From the NCBI GenBank assembly GCA_947630185.1, contig CANRGT010000002.1:45467-109466 (forward strand): a stretch of DNA of 64,000 bases, in the 5' to 3' direction. The notes beneath the pieces were generated by a model, which was given only the letters and a program-made list of their open reading frames with translations, did no database searches and was not told the origin of the DNA. A program made the translations under genes and the position numbers. Of the stretch, positions 25,740 to 35,955 are shown piece by piece (the first letter of the stretch is position 1; the number at the start of each line of letters is the position of its first letter). This DNA is from an uncultured Clostridia bacterium (GTDB lineage: Bacteria > Bacillota > Clostridia > TANB77 > CAG-508).

Positions 25740-28268
25740 GTGTTTCAAAATATACAAAGAGAAAATAATAATGACCAAGAATATGAAAATTATTCAAATG
25801 AAAATATCAATTCAAATGGTTTAAATTCAGATGATTTAGAATATGAAAATAAAGCGAAAAAAATATTAACAAAATTATTTTCTATACAAAACATAGCATT
25901 ATATTTTATAGCATTTATGGTTTCAATGGTAGGCTTTAGAAGTGAAAATATTATATTAAACATGAGCCCATTTGCAATTAGCTTCATATCAGCAATGGTA
26001 GCAAACCGTAAAACAATAGGAATTACATATCTGTTTACATTACTAGGTACATTTATAGCATTTGGACCTAATAGTTTGTTAATATATTTTTTAAGTAGTT
26101 TATTATTCTTTGTTTTAATTCTTATAAAACAACCAAAAGAAGAAGAAAACACAAATGAACAAAAAAGAGTAGGCTTGCACTTAAGTATAGCAGTTTTTGC
26201 AGTGCAAGTTATTCCTATGTTTTTTAGAACATTTTATTTGTATGATTTATTAGTAAGCATAATGCTTACAATTAGTAGTTTTGTATTTTATAAAATCTTT
26301 TCAAATTCTCTTTTAATGATAAGTGAATTCAAAACCAAAAAAGCATTTTCAATAGAAGAAGTAATGGGCACAAGTCTTCTTCTTGCAATAGTAAGTATGG
26401 CATTTGGAAATTTAAGAATTTTTGGATACAGTATATGCCATATTATAAGCATTTTATTAGTTCTAATTTTAGGTTGGAAAAATGGAATGTTAGTAGGGGC
26501 AACAGGTGGAGTTACAATAGGTGTAGCACTTGGAATAATAGGAAATAACGACCCAATACTTATTGCAGCATATGCACTTTCAGGAATGATAGCAGGTTTG
26601 TTTTATAAACTTGGTAGAATAGGGGTAGTAGTAGGTTTTATTTTAGGAAATGTCATTTTAAATTATGTATCGAATGGAAATACAGCACCAATAATTTTAG
26701 TACAAGAAATTTTAATAGCATCACTTGGACTTCTTGCAGTACCAAAAAGATTTGAAATTAACATACAAGATATATATAAGAAAAATCAAAGGTTACTTCC
26801 AGAAACCATAGGAAGAGTTATAACAGAAAACAAAGACACTATTTTTAAATTAAACAGTATGTCAGAAACTATAAGTGATTTAGCAAAAAGTTATGAAGAA
26901 GCAGCAAGCACAATATTAGATGAAAAGGACTTAAAAGAACAAGAGCTATCAAACGAGCAAGTATTTAAAGAAGAACTAGAAGGCAATTTATTAGAACTAG
27001 AAAATAATATTCTATATGATGAAATAACTGATAGTGAAAACGGAATTATAGATGATGTGTTTGCACATTTACTAGAACAAGAAGTAGTTACAGAAAAAGA
27101 ATTAGTAAGAATATTTGAAAAACATAATCAATACATTATAGGCTTTGAAGAAAAAAATGAGCAAGTATTAGAAGATGTTTCAAAAATGATAAAGGCAATA
27201 AATTCAGCATATAGAATTAGCAAGGTAAACTTCATTTGGAAAAGAAAAATAGAAGAAAACAAAAAGAGTGTATCATCACAATTAGACGGTGTATCAAAAG
27301 CAATTTCATCAATGGCAGAAGAAATGAAGGAGGAGGAAAAAAATCCATTTGAAACAGAGGAAAAAGAAATAAGAAGCCTATTAGAACAAAAAGAAATAAC
27401 AATAGAAAGTATGAAAATAAAGAAAAGTGCTTCGGGCAGATATTATGTAGAAGTGTATACTAAGCTATGTGATGACATAGAAGGCAATAAATGCAACATA
27501 AAAAAGATTGCCAAGATATTAGAAAAAGTATTAAAAGATAAATTCATCATACAATCTCAAGAATGTGGATTAAGAGAGCAAAAGCAAGGATGTAAATTTA
27601 GCTATTATTCACAGGATAAATTTAAATTGCAAGTTGGTGTAGCAGTAGCGGTAAAAAATGGCTCACCAGTTTCGGGAGATAGTCATGTTGAAACAAGACT
27701 AGAAGATGGAAAATACCTAATTGCAATAAGTGACGGAATGGGCTCAGGGCCTGAAGCAATGAAAAGCAGTAAAATAGCAATAAAAATGCTAGAAAGATTG
27801 CTAAAAGCAGGGTTTGATAAAGAAGTATCACTAAATTTAATAAATGCTACATTAGTAGCAAACACAAAAGAAGATATGTATGCAACATTGGACATGCAAA
27901 TATTAGATTTATATGCGGGAAACATGGAATTTATTAAAAACAGTGCATGCCCAACATTTATAAAAAGAAACAAAGAAGTACAATTATTAAAAGCTTTAAC
28001 CTTGCCAACTGGAATATTAGAAAATACAGACTTAATTGTATATGATTACGACCTACAAGCAGGCGACATTTTAGTAATGTGTAGTGATGGAATTATAGAT
28101 GCAAACACAGAATACATAAATAAAGAGCTTTGGGTAAAATATTTGCTAGAAGATATACAAACAGACGACGCACAACAAATAGCTAACATGATTTTGAATG
28201 AAGCAATTGATAGTGAGTTTGGAATGCAAAAAGATGACATGACAATAATTGTTGCGAAAATTGCCTAA
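25740..28268 (+). CDS. spoIIE: Stage II sporulation protein E (membrane-bound PP2C phosphatase)
   Basis: A GTG start lies 8 nt after AGGGGTGA. The 842-aa product has about 10 N-terminal TM segments and a C-terminal PP2C domain (SGDSHVETRLEDGKYLIAISDGMGSGPEA ... GDILVMCSDGIIDA ... DDMTIIVAKI). Confidence 0.9.
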   Translation: MFQNIQRENNNDQEYENYSNENINSNGLNSDDLEYENKAKKILTKLFSIQNIALYFIAFMVSMVGFRSENIILNMSPFAISFISAMVANRKTIGITYLFTLLGTFIAFGPNSLLIYFLSSLLFFVLILIKQPKEEENTNEQKRVGLHLSIAVFAVQVIPMFFRTFYLYDLLVSIMLTISSFVFYKIFSNSLLMISEFKTKKAFSIEEVMGTSLLLAIVSMAFGNLRIFGYSICHIISILLVLILGWKNGMLVGATGGVTIGVALGIIGNNDPILIAAYALSGMIAGLFYKLGRIGVVVGFILGNVILNYVSNGNTAPIILVQEILIASLGLLAVPKRFEINIQDIYKKNQRLLPETIGRVITENKDTIFKLNSMSETISDLAKSYEEAASTILDEKDLKEQELSNEQVFKEELEGNLLELENNILYDEITDSENGIIDDVFAHLLEQEVVTEKELVRIFEKHNQYIIGFEEKNEQVLEDVSKMIKAINSAYRISKVNFIWKRKIEENKKSVSSQLDGVSKAISSMAEEMKEEEKNPFETEEKEIRSLLEQKEITIESMKIKKSASGRYYVEVYTKLCDDIEGNKCNIKKIAKILEKVLKDKFIIQSQECGLREQKQGCKFSYYSQDKFKLQVGVAVAVKNGSPVSGDSHVETRLEDGKYLIAISDGMGSGPEAMKSSKIAIKMLERLLKAGFDKEVSLNLINATLVANTKEDMYATLDMQILDLYAGNMEFIKNSACPTFIKRNKEVQLLKALTLPTGILENTDLIVYDYDLQAGDILVMCSDGIIDANTEYINKELWVKYLLEDIQTDDAQQIANMILNEAIDSEFGMQKDDMTIIVAKIA

Positions 28269-28363
28269 AATTCTTGTAATTTAATATATAAATATGATAT
28301 AGTATAATTATAAAATAGGCTATACTATATTTAGCTTTCAACCTATTTGGAGGTAGTATAAAA

Positions 28364-29890
28364 ATGAGTAGAGGAAAAAGATATGGAATAGAAGGACGAA
28401 GATTAAACATGAAGAAAGTAATAGCAGTTTTAATAGCTTTAGCAGTAATTATTATAACAATAATAGGCATTGTAAAAATGTTTAGTAGAAGTACTGTAAC
28501 ATCAAGTAAAACAGTTCCAAATCAATACTTTGCAGTATATACAAATGGTAAGTGGGGAGTTATAAACTCAAAAGGCGAAATTGTAATAAAAGCAGATTAT
28601 GAAGAAGCAATTATAATTCCAGATAATAGTAAAGATGTATTTCTATGTGTTTATGGTGTAAACTATAACGATGGAACATATCGTACAGAAGTATTAAACA
28701 GTGAAGGTAAAGAATTCATTACAGGTTATGATGCAGTATTACCATTAGAAAATTATGATTCTAACAATAACTTATGGTATGAAAAAGACGTACTATTAGT
28801 AAAAAAAGATGATAAATATGGACTTATAGATTTCAAAGGAAAAGAACTTTTAAAATGTGAATATGATTCTATAGAAACTTTAAAAGGAATAACAAATAGT
28901 TATTTAGCAAAAAAAGACGGAAAAGTAGGATTAATAGACAATATTGGTGCAGTTGTAATAGATACTGAATACACTGATATTAAGCCAGTTTCTACTAAAG
29001 CAGAAGATGGCTACATTGTAACAGATGATAATAAAAAAATGGGTGTGGTAAAACGTAACAATTCAGTAGTAGTAGAATTAAAATATGATGATATTAAGCA
29101 AATATGTGCTGATGATAAATATGTAGTAAAAGAAGGAAGCAACTGGCAAATAATAGATAAAGAAGGAAATACTTATTTACAGAATAAATTTGATGAAGTA
29201 ATTAACATGCAATCAAATGGAATTACAATAAAAAAAGATAATAAATATGGGGTAATTGATTTAGATACAGCAGAAGAAAAAATACCAGTTAAATATCAAG
29301 ATATGAGTTATGCATTTGATAATAACTATATTTACAAAGAAAATAATTTATATGGAGTTATGAATATTTCAGGAGAAACTGTTCTAAATCCTGAATATGA
29401 AACACTTATATATAGATCAGAAGCGGGATTCTTAGAAGGAAGCAAAAAGGGCAGTTTTGAAACAGAATTTATAGGAACAGATTTTGAGGTAAAACAAACA
29501 GGAATTTTATCAGAACTAAATGTAACAAATGGATATATGAAAATAAGAACAAATGGCGAATACAAATACTATAATTTCAAATTTGAAGAAAAAACCAATA
29601 TCGAATTATTAACAACAAATACATTATTCTTAGCAAAAAAAGATGGAAAATATGGTTATGTAAACAATGATGGCGTTGTTGTAGTAAACTACATTTATGA
29701 TGATGCACAAGAGCAAAATGAATTTGGCTATGCAAGTGTAAAGAAAAACGGAATGTGGGGTTGCATAAATTCTAAAGGAGAAGAAGTAATTACACCAGCA
29801 TATGGCTTAGAGAATAATTCTATAATTGAATTTATAGGAAAATGGCACAGAGGAGAAGATTTAAACTTAAATTATTATACAGACAAATAA
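28364..29890 (+). CDS. Membrane-anchored WG-repeat (KWG-type) protein
   Basis: GGAGG RBS. An N-terminal TM anchor is followed by many ~35-40-aa repeats of the form GKWGVINSKGEIVIKADYEE / DKYGLIDFKGKELLKCEYDSI / GKVGLIDNIGAVVIDTEYTDI / GKYGYVNNDGVVVVNYIYDD / GMWGCINSKGEEVITPAY. Confidence 0.8.
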   Translation: MSRGKRYGIEGRRLNMKKVIAVLIALAVIIITIIGIVKMFSRSTVTSSKTVPNQYFAVYTNGKWGVINSKGEIVIKADYEEAIIIPDNSKDVFLCVYGVNYNDGTYRTEVLNSEGKEFITGYDAVLPLENYDSNNNLWYEKDVLLVKKDDKYGLIDFKGKELLKCEYDSIETLKGITNSYLAKKDGKVGLIDNIGAVVIDTEYTDIKPVSTKAEDGYIVTDDNKKMGVVKRNNSVVVELKYDDIKQICADDKYVVKEGSNWQIIDKEGNTYLQNKFDEVINMQSNGITIKKDNKYGVIDLDTAEEKIPVKYQDMSYAFDNNYIYKENNLYGVMNISGETVLNPEYETLIYRSEAGFLEGSKKGSFETEFIGTDFEVKQTGILSELNVTNGYMKIRTNGEYKYYNFKFEEKTNIELLTTNTLFLAKKDGKYGYVNNDGVVVVNYIYDDAQEQNEFGYASVKKNGMWGCINSKGEEVITPAYGLENNSIIEFIGKWHRGEDLNLNYYTDK

Positions 29891-29984
29891 ACATTAAGAT
29901 AAACATAAAGTATATTAAGATAAATAAAAAATACTAAATAAAAAATAAATCTTCTTAAAATAAATTAAAAAACGAGGAAGTAAA

Positions 29985-31211
29985 ATGGAACTAAAGACAA
30001 AATATCAATATACATATTTTATTTATCCATACTTAGTGGAAAAAAAAGACTATGTAAATTATCTACATAGATTATTAAGAAAACCTGAATGTAGTTTAAA
30101 ATTGTTTGATGGAAAAAAGGATGTTGAGATAGATTCATACTTTTTGCCAGAAATAAAGAACAAAATGTTTTGGTCGTTATATTTAAGCAAAGAAGGCCTA
30201 AAAGACTATAATTCATTAGATAATAAAATGAAAGCTACAATTTTAAGTAAGAAGGAAGCATGTTTTTTTGAGTATAATATCAAAGAGGACATACCAGCAA
30301 AAATTGGAGAAGGTGGAGGAATTTTCTTTGATATTACCAAAATTGAAATCATATGTTTTTGTACTGGCTTATGTTTTTTACTAGTAAAGACAGCATTAAA
30401 TGAAGGTGCAAACTTTTCAGATGTTCTAAACTTTAATTACAAATTTAGAGATATTCAATCAAAAATACTACAGCCAAAAGAATACGATAATATAAAAATA
30501 CAAACAACAAAATTTAAAAATATGCAAACATTTTCAAGCTTTATAGAAAATATAGCAGGTTCTAATTTGAAAGCAAAAAAAGTAAATTTAGATACAAATC
30601 GTCTAATTACATATAGTTATACTTGCCTAGATGCAAATAGCTGGAACGAAACCACAGATATTAAAATTATAGAAAAAGAATTTGAAAAATATTATCATAT
30701 AAAACCAGCAGGAGAGCAAACAACAGATGTAAAAATAGATAATAATAATGTTTATCAAGAAAAATATGCTTACTATGGCTTTTCTAATAATAGTACAGTT
30801 TTATTTACTTCAGCTAGTAATATCAAAAACTATACAAGCCTTCTTTTTAAATATGAAAATGAACAACTATATCATTTTATATATCATTTATATCAGAAAA
30901 TATATTTGAAACAATTAAATTATGAGTTTTCACAAACAAATAATTTTAAAAATATACAACAAGAATTTATAAACTTTTCGAAAAAGAATTGGACTTATGA
31001 AGTAACAAATAATGATTTAGGCTTAATACTAGAAAAATATTATAAAGGGGCCCAAAATTTAGAAGAAACCTTTAGCAAATTAAAAAACGAATATGACTTA
31101 TTATATAAAGAATATAATATAGAAAAAACTAATAAACATAATAAATGGATTGTGGCAGTTATAATAGTTGTTGTAATTATAAACTTAATAAATATGATTA
31201 TTAAGAAATAA
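29985..31211 (+). CDS. Hypothetical protein, 408 aa, with a single C-terminal TM helix
   Basis: It is a long ORF with a GAGGAAG RBS. I recognise no family motif. The C-terminus reads KHNKWIVAVIIVVVIINLINMIIKK and is preceded by a coiled-coil-like K/E/N-rich segment. Confidence 0.6.
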   Translation: MELKTKYQYTYFIYPYLVEKKDYVNYLHRLLRKPECSLKLFDGKKDVEIDSYFLPEIKNKMFWSLYLSKEGLKDYNSLDNKMKATILSKKEACFFEYNIKEDIPAKIGEGGGIFFDITKIEIICFCTGLCFLLVKTALNEGANFSDVLNFNYKFRDIQSKILQPKEYDNIKIQTTKFKNMQTFSSFIENIAGSNLKAKKVNLDTNRLITYSYTCLDANSWNETTDIKIIEKEFEKYYHIKPAGEQTTDVKIDNNNVYQEKYAYYGFSNNSTVLFTSASNIKNYTSLLFKYENEQLYHFIYHLYQKIYLKQLNYEFSQTNNFKNIQQEFINFSKKNWTYEVTNNDLGLILEKYYKGAQNLEETFSKLKNEYDLLYKEYNIEKTNKHNKWIVAVIIVVVIINLINMIIKK

Positions 31212-31271
31212 ATATGAATGTTAAGAAATAAATTTTAAATAAAGCGATTATAATAAAAATAGGAGAAAGTA

Positions 31272-31643
31272 ATGAAAATACAAACAGGAGTAGACATTAT
31301 AGAAGTAAAAAGAATACAAGAAGCAATAGAAAAAGGAGGAGAAAAATTCTTAAACAGAGTTTATACTCCAGAAGAAATAGAATACTGCAGTAATACAGGC
31401 AAAATGGAATATCAACATTATGCAGTACGCTTTGCTGCAAAAGAAGCCATATATAAAGCAATATCAAATAAAATAGACAGTGAAGACGATATTTTTAACA
31501 AAATAGAAGTAAAAAAAGATAAAAATGGTAAGCCAATTGCAAATTTAAGTAGACTTAATATAAAAGGTATTATAGATATGGACTTAAGCTTATCGCATTT
31601 AAAAGAATATGCAGTAGCAAGTTTTACAATTTTATTTGAATAA
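31272..31643 (+). CDS. acpS: Holo-[acyl-carrier-protein] synthase (4'-phosphopantetheinyl transferase)
   Basis: The 123-aa product has GVDIIEVKRI at the N-terminus, a FAAKEAIYKA motif and an LSLSH...A.A tail typical of AcpS. Confidence 0.85.
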   Translation: MKIQTGVDIIEVKRIQEAIEKGGEKFLNRVYTPEEIEYCSNTGKMEYQHYAVRFAAKEAIYKAISNKIDSEDDIFNKIEVKKDKNGKPIANLSRLNIKGIIDMDLSLSHLKEYAVASFTILFE

Positions 31644-31688
31644 GATAATATTTGAAGATAATATGAACAATATAATAAGCATATAGTG

Positions 31689-31745
31689 TGAACAATATAA
31701 TTTCCATACTACTACATAAAATTATATTGTTCATTAAATTTATTT
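31689..31745 (+). terminator. Probable terminator after acpS
   Basis: A perfect 15-bp stem, TGAACAATATAATTT (31689-31703) with AAATTATATTGTTCA (31719-31733), has a 15-nt loop. The 3' flank is T-rich but interrupted. Confidence 0.5.
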
Positions 31746-31765
31746 AAATAAAGAAAAGAGGAAAA

Positions 31766-32689
31766 ATGGAATTATTTGATTCACATGCACATTATAATGA
31801 TGAAAAATTTGATGAAGATAGGGAAGAAATTTTAAAGCAAATATATGAAAGCGGAGTTACAAAATTAGTATGTGTGGGCTATGATGTAGAAAGCTCAAAA
31901 AAAGCAGTAGAAATAGCAAGTAACCATGATTTTGTTTATGCTACAGTAGGAATCCATCCAAGCGACATTCCTGGAGGCTCAGATTATAAAGAGAAAAATA
32001 ATATTGGGTTACAAATAAATATACAAGAAGCAAAAGAAATAAAAAACGAAGAAGAAATAAATCCCGAAACCAAAACACTACAAAGCAAAATAAATTTTGA
32101 ATCAGAGCTAAATGAACAATTAGAACAAATAGAAAAACTAGCTAAAAACCAAAAAGTAGTAGCAATAGGAGAAATAGGATTAGACTATCATTGGGATAAA
32201 GAAAATAAAGAAGACCAAAAATTAGCCTTTAAAAAACAAATAGAACTTGCAAATAAATTGGATTTACCAATAGTAATTCATACAAGAGATGCAATTTATG
32301 ACACAATAGAAATTTTAAAGCAGGAGAAACTTTCTAATAATATTTCAGATAATGTTTCAGATAATAAAGGTGTTCTTCACTGTTGCCCACTAAATATAGA
32401 TTTAGTTAGAGAAGGGCTAAAATTAGGCTTTTACATTTCATTTGCAGGAGTTATCACATTTAAAAATGCTAAAAATGTAGAAGAAGTAGTAAATATGGTT
32501 CCATTAGATAGAATGTTAATTGAAACAGATAGCCCATACTTATCACCAGAACCACATAGATGTACAAGGAACGATTCACGTAATGTAAAATATATAGCTG
32601 AAAAAATAGCACAAATTAGAAATATACCAGTAGAAGAAGTAGCAAAAATAACCTATGAAAATGCGAAGAGATTATTTAAAATTAGTTAA
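31766..32689 (+). CDS. tatD: TatD-family metal-dependent hydrolase/DNase
   Basis: Motifs present are LFDSHAHY, GIHP, AIGEIGLDYHW, PIVIHTRDA and ETDSPYLSPEPHR. At 307 aa it is longer than typical (~255 aa) because of E/K/N-rich insertions. Confidence 0.85.
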   Translation: MELFDSHAHYNDEKFDEDREEILKQIYESGVTKLVCVGYDVESSKKAVEIASNHDFVYATVGIHPSDIPGGSDYKEKNNIGLQINIQEAKEIKNEEEINPETKTLQSKINFESELNEQLEQIEKLAKNQKVVAIGEIGLDYHWDKENKEDQKLAFKKQIELANKLDLPIVIHTRDAIYDTIEILKQEKLSNNISDNVSDNKGVLHCCPLNIDLVREGLKLGFYISFAGVITFKNAKNVEEVVNMVPLDRMLIETDSPYLSPEPHRCTRNDSRNVKYIAEKIAQIRNIPVEEVAKITYENAKRLFKIS

Positions 32690-32749
32690 TAACTTGCTTA
32701 CAAAAAGTCGAATACTAAAAATCGGAAAACATAGATTATTAAAAATTAG

Positions 32750-32797
32750 AAAAAACATATCCAAATTTATTTTTAAGTAAATTGGATATGCTTTTTT
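32750..32797. terminator. Bidirectional terminator between the convergent tatD and htpX genes
   Basis: The stem pairs CATATCCAA(A)TTT (32756-32768) with AAATTGGATATG (32779-32790), giving 12 bp with one bulge. It is flanked by an A-run upstream and a T6 run downstream. Confidence 0.65.
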
Positions 32798-32814
32798 ACT
32801 AAAAAATATAAATG

Positions 32815-33717
32815 CTATTTTAAATTCTTTAATGCTTCAATTCTATCTTCTGTGGAAGGATGAGTAGACCAAATGCTACTTGTTCTTTTTCTTTTACCAT
32901 CAGCATTTTTCTTAAATGGACTAATAATATACATATGAGCAGTAGAATTATTAGCAGTTTTAAGTTCATTGTTATCTGCTTCTAACTTTTCAAGAGCAGA
33001 TATTAAACCATCTGGATTTCTAGTAAATTCTACAGCAGTAGCATCTGCTAAATACTCTCTTTTTCTGGAAATTGCAAGCTTCATTAACTGACCAAATAAA
33101 GGTGCAAAGATTAGGGCAATCAAACCTAAAAGCATTAAAATAGGATTTGCATTATCATTATCACGGCTTCTACCTCTACCACCATAAAGAAACATTCTAG
33201 AAACTAAATCAGAAAGCATAACAACAAGTCCAACCATAACAGTAACAATAGCAGATAAGCGAATATCATAATTTTTTATATGAGAAAGTTCATGAGCTAC
33301 AACACCTTCTAATTCATAATAATTTAGCTTCTCTAACAAACCAGTAGTAACGCAAACAACAGCATTTTCAGGGTTACGACCAGTCGCAAAAGCATTTGGC
33401 TGAGCATCTTCAACTATATATAATCTAGGTTTTGAAGTAAGACCAGAAGAAACCATCAAGCCATCAAGAATATTTACTAATTGCTTATTTTCTTCAGGTG
33501 TAGCAGGACGAGCATTATTTAATGACAATATAATTTTATCACTATAATAATAAGAACTCCATGCCGAAATTATTGAAACTGCTAAAGCAATTACAATAGA
33601 AACAGCACCTAAATCAAAAGCCATACAAATGTAATAAACAATTAAAGTGATAACTAAAATGAAAATGCTAATAATAATTCCTGTTTTTATTTTATTTCTT
33701 CTAATATCTTCATACAT
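32815..33717 (-). CDS. htpX: M48-family zinc metalloprotease HtpX
   Basis: The 300-aa product has N-terminal TM helices, the HEXXH motif in VVAHELSHIKNYD, further TM helices, and a C-terminal STHPSTEDRI motif. Confidence 0.9.
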   Translation of the reverse strand: MYEDIRRNKIKTGIIISIFILVITLIVYYICMAFDLGAVSIVIALAVSIISAWSSYYYSDKIILSLNNARPATPEENKQLVNILDGLMVSSGLTSKPRLYIVEDAQPNAFATGRNPENAVVCVTTGLLEKLNYYELEGVVAHELSHIKNYDIRLSAIVTVMVGLVVMLSDLVSRMFLYGGRGRSRDNDNANPILMLLGLIALIFAPLFGQLMKLAISRKREYLADATAVEFTRNPDGLISALEKLEADNNELKTANNSTAHMYIISPFKKNADGKRKRTSSIWSTHPSTEDRIEALKNLK

Positions 33718-33788
33718 TTTTAATTAAAATCCACCTTTAAAATAAATTTTTAAGCTAAATTTAATTTTAAATTTAGCTTAAATACAAC

Positions 33789-34352
33789 TTAATTAAAATT
33801 TACTTTTACATTTTTTCTAGCCTCATCACTATCGGCTTCAAATAAGGTTTCAGCTTGGAAATGAAACATAGAAGCAATAATATTAGATGGGAAAAGCTCT
33901 ATTTTTGTATTATATCTTGTTACGCTATCATTATAGAATTGTCTAGAATAAGAAATTTTATTTTCTGTATTTCTTAATTCTTCTTGTAACTCAGAAAAGT
34001 TTTGGCTAGCTTTTAAATCAGGATAATTTTCTGAAACTGCCATAATAGTTTTTAAAGCACCAGATAATTGATTATCTAGTTCAGCTTTTTCTTTTACTGT
34101 TTGAGCATTTGCCCAAGATGTACGAAGCTCTGTAACTTTTGTTAAAACATCGCTTTCATGAGCCATGTAACCCTTTACAGTTTCTACTAAATTAGGAATT
34201 AAATCAAATCTTCTTTGTAATTGAACATCAATTTGACTCCAAGCATTTTTTACACGTTGCCTTAGAGTTACTAAGCTATTGTATACACCAATAATAGCAA
34301 TAACTAATACTACAACAATTGCTAAAATAATCCATAACCACATAAAATTCAC
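33789..34352 (-). CDS. lemA: LemA-family protein
   Basis: An N-terminal TM helix is followed by the LemA signature [29 protein letters not shown]. The gene is immediately upstream of htpX, which is a common pairing. Confidence 0.85.
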   Translation of the reverse strand: MNFMWLWIILAIVVVLVIAIIGVYNSLVTLRQRVKNAWSQIDVQLQRRFDLIPNLVETVKGYMAHESDVLTKVTELRTSWANAQTVKEKAELDNQLSGALKTIMAVSENYPDLKASQNFSELQEELRNTENKISYSRQFYNDSVTRYNTKIELFPSNIIASMFHFQAETLFEADSDEARKNVKVNFN

Positions 34353-34707
34353 TCCTTTTAATTTATTTTCTACTATAATATCATATTATAAAAATAAATA
34401 CAATAGTATAAAAAAACGCAATTTACTAATATTTTTATATAAAATAAAAGAAAAAATATCTAAAATTTTTAAAGGTTGTCATATTTTTGTACAAGCTTGA
34501 ATATAATTATAGTATATACACATAAATTAAAAAAATTCCTAAATAAAAATGAAACAAAACTATATTAACCTACATATATAATAAAAATGCTTTTATTTTA
34601 AGGTAATAAAAAAATAAAAAATTATAACTTAAGGTATATGAAGCAAAATTACATAATAAAAGCTTGAAAGCTAAATGGACAAACAGTTACAAATGATGCG
34701 ATAAAAT

Positions 34708-34736
34708 TTGACATTATTTTTCAAAAATGGTATAAT
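34708..34736 (+). promoter_or_regulatory. Near-consensus sigma-A promoter for 34771..35775
   Basis: TTGACA (34708-34713), a 17-nt spacer, then TGgTATAAT (34728-34736). It lies ~35 nt upstream of the AAAGGAGG RBS. Confidence 0.7.
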
Positions 34737-34770
34737 ATAGGTGTTGTTTTAAAGGAGGAACAAATTTACT

Positions 34771-35775
34771 ATGAAAAATGATGATAAAGCATCTATATCG
34801 CTGAAGAAAATCATTTGTATTAGTATATTATTTATTTTTATAATGACAGTAGTAGTATCTGCTACAAATGTAAAAATAAATAATGTAAAAATAGTTCTTG
34901 CAAGTGGGTATGAAATGAACGTACTATCTGGCAAGAAAAAAGTATCAGAGATACTTGATGAAAATCATATAATTTTATTAGAAGATGAAAAGGTAACTCC
35001 AGATTTAGAATCTGAATTATCTGATAATAATACAATAAAAATTACTAAAAAAATAGATGAAGAAATTGCTCTTCCAGAAGTAATTGAAAATTCTTCAGAA
35101 GTAAATGTAGAGCAAATTTTAGCAAGCTATGATGATATAGTAGAAAAAATCGTTGTTGAAAAGGTTAAAATACCTTATGAAACCATTACAAAAAATGTAG
35201 CCTCAGGTTCAGGTGCAAAACAAGATAAAATAGTACAATATGGTGTAGATGGTTTAAAAGAAGTTACTTATAAAGTAAAATATCAAAATGAAAAAGAAAT
35301 AGAAAAGAAAGAAATTTCATCAAAAATAATTCGTAAACCAGTTGATAAAATTGTTGAAGTTAGAAATAAACAACAAGTTATATCAAGAGGTGGGGTTGCA
35401 ACAAGGTATGCTGGAAAATGGAGTTATACAGATGCTGAGCTTGACTTAATATGTGCTATAACAGCACAAGAATGTTCATCAAGTTATGAAGGAGCATTAG
35501 CTGTTATTACATGTGCATGTAACAGAGCAGAAAGTTCAAGATGGAAACATAACGGAACAGACCCATTAAGCCAATACAAAGCAAAAAATCAATTCTGTTA
35601 TTCAATAGATAATTATTGGAGAAGAAGATTAAATGGAAACTATCCAGATCGTGTTAAACAAGCAGTTATAGATGCATTAAACGGAAAAAGAAACCACAAT
35701 TATTTATCATTTAGAGCAGCAGGTTATGCAAATGGCGTTAATATAGGTGGAAACGTATATTTTAATGCAATGTAA
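34771..35775 (+). CDS. Secreted cell-wall hydrolase: DUF348-like plus G5 domain plus SleB-type (Hydrolase_2-like) catalytic domain
   Basis: It has an N-terminal TM/signal anchor and a DUF348-like segment (VKIVLASGYEMNVLSGKKKVSEILDENHIIL). The G5-like segment reads KIPYETITKNVASGSGAKQDKIVQYGVDGLKEVTYKVKYQNEKEI...VDKIVEV. The C-terminal SleB-like segment reads ELDLICAITAQECSSSYEGALAVITCACNR. Confidence 0.75.
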   Translation: MKNDDKASISLKKIICISILFIFIMTVVVSATNVKINNVKIVLASGYEMNVLSGKKKVSEILDENHIILLEDEKVTPDLESELSDNNTIKITKKIDEEIALPEVIENSSEVNVEQILASYDDIVEKIVVEKVKIPYETITKNVASGSGAKQDKIVQYGVDGLKEVTYKVKYQNEKEIEKKEISSKIIRKPVDKIVEVRNKQQVISRGGVATRYAGKWSYTDAELDLICAITAQECSSSYEGALAVITCACNRAESSRWKHNGTDPLSQYKAKNQFCYSIDNYWRRRLNGNYPDRVKQAVIDALNGKRNHNYLSFRAAGYANGVNIGGNVYFNAM

Positions 35776-35799
35776 AAAATTAAAATATAATTAAAAATG

Positions 35800-35832
35800 A
35801 AATTGGTTAGAAATATCTAGCCAATTTTTTTC
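35800..35832 (+). terminator. Rho-independent terminator after the G5/SleB-like gene
   Basis: The stem pairs AAATTGGTTAG (35800-35810) with CTAGCCAATTT (35817-35827), giving 11 bp including one G-U pair. The loop is 6 nt and a T-run follows. Confidence 0.7.
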
Positions 35833-35895
35833 TATTATACTGTAATACAACAAAATGAACATTAATTATAGAAACTTGTAAACTTAATAAACTAA

Positions 35896-35924
35896 TTGAA
35901 AATCATAAAAATATATGTTATATT
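35896..35924 (+). promoter_or_regulatory. Putative sigma-A promoter for xth
   Basis: TTGAAA (35896-35901), a 17-nt spacer, then TGtTATATT (35916-35924). Confidence 0.5.
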
Positions 35925-35955
35925 AATAACTGAAAAAATATGGTAGGAGAAGAAT

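Noticed and set aside
28297-28330. Hairpin ATATAGTATA/TATACTATAT after spoIIE as a terminator.
   Set aside because: The stem is AT-only, 10 bp with a 14-nt loop, and has no clear U-tract. It overlaps a TATAAT-like element that could equally be the promoter of the next gene, so the call is too ambiguous.
34279-34500. 73-aa plus-strand ORF in the lemA / G5-hydrolase divergent intergenic region.
   Set aside because: It starts inside lemA on the opposite strand and has no RBS. Its composition is low-complexity I/K/N-rich, typical of AT-rich non-coding DNA. The region is better explained by divergent promoters.
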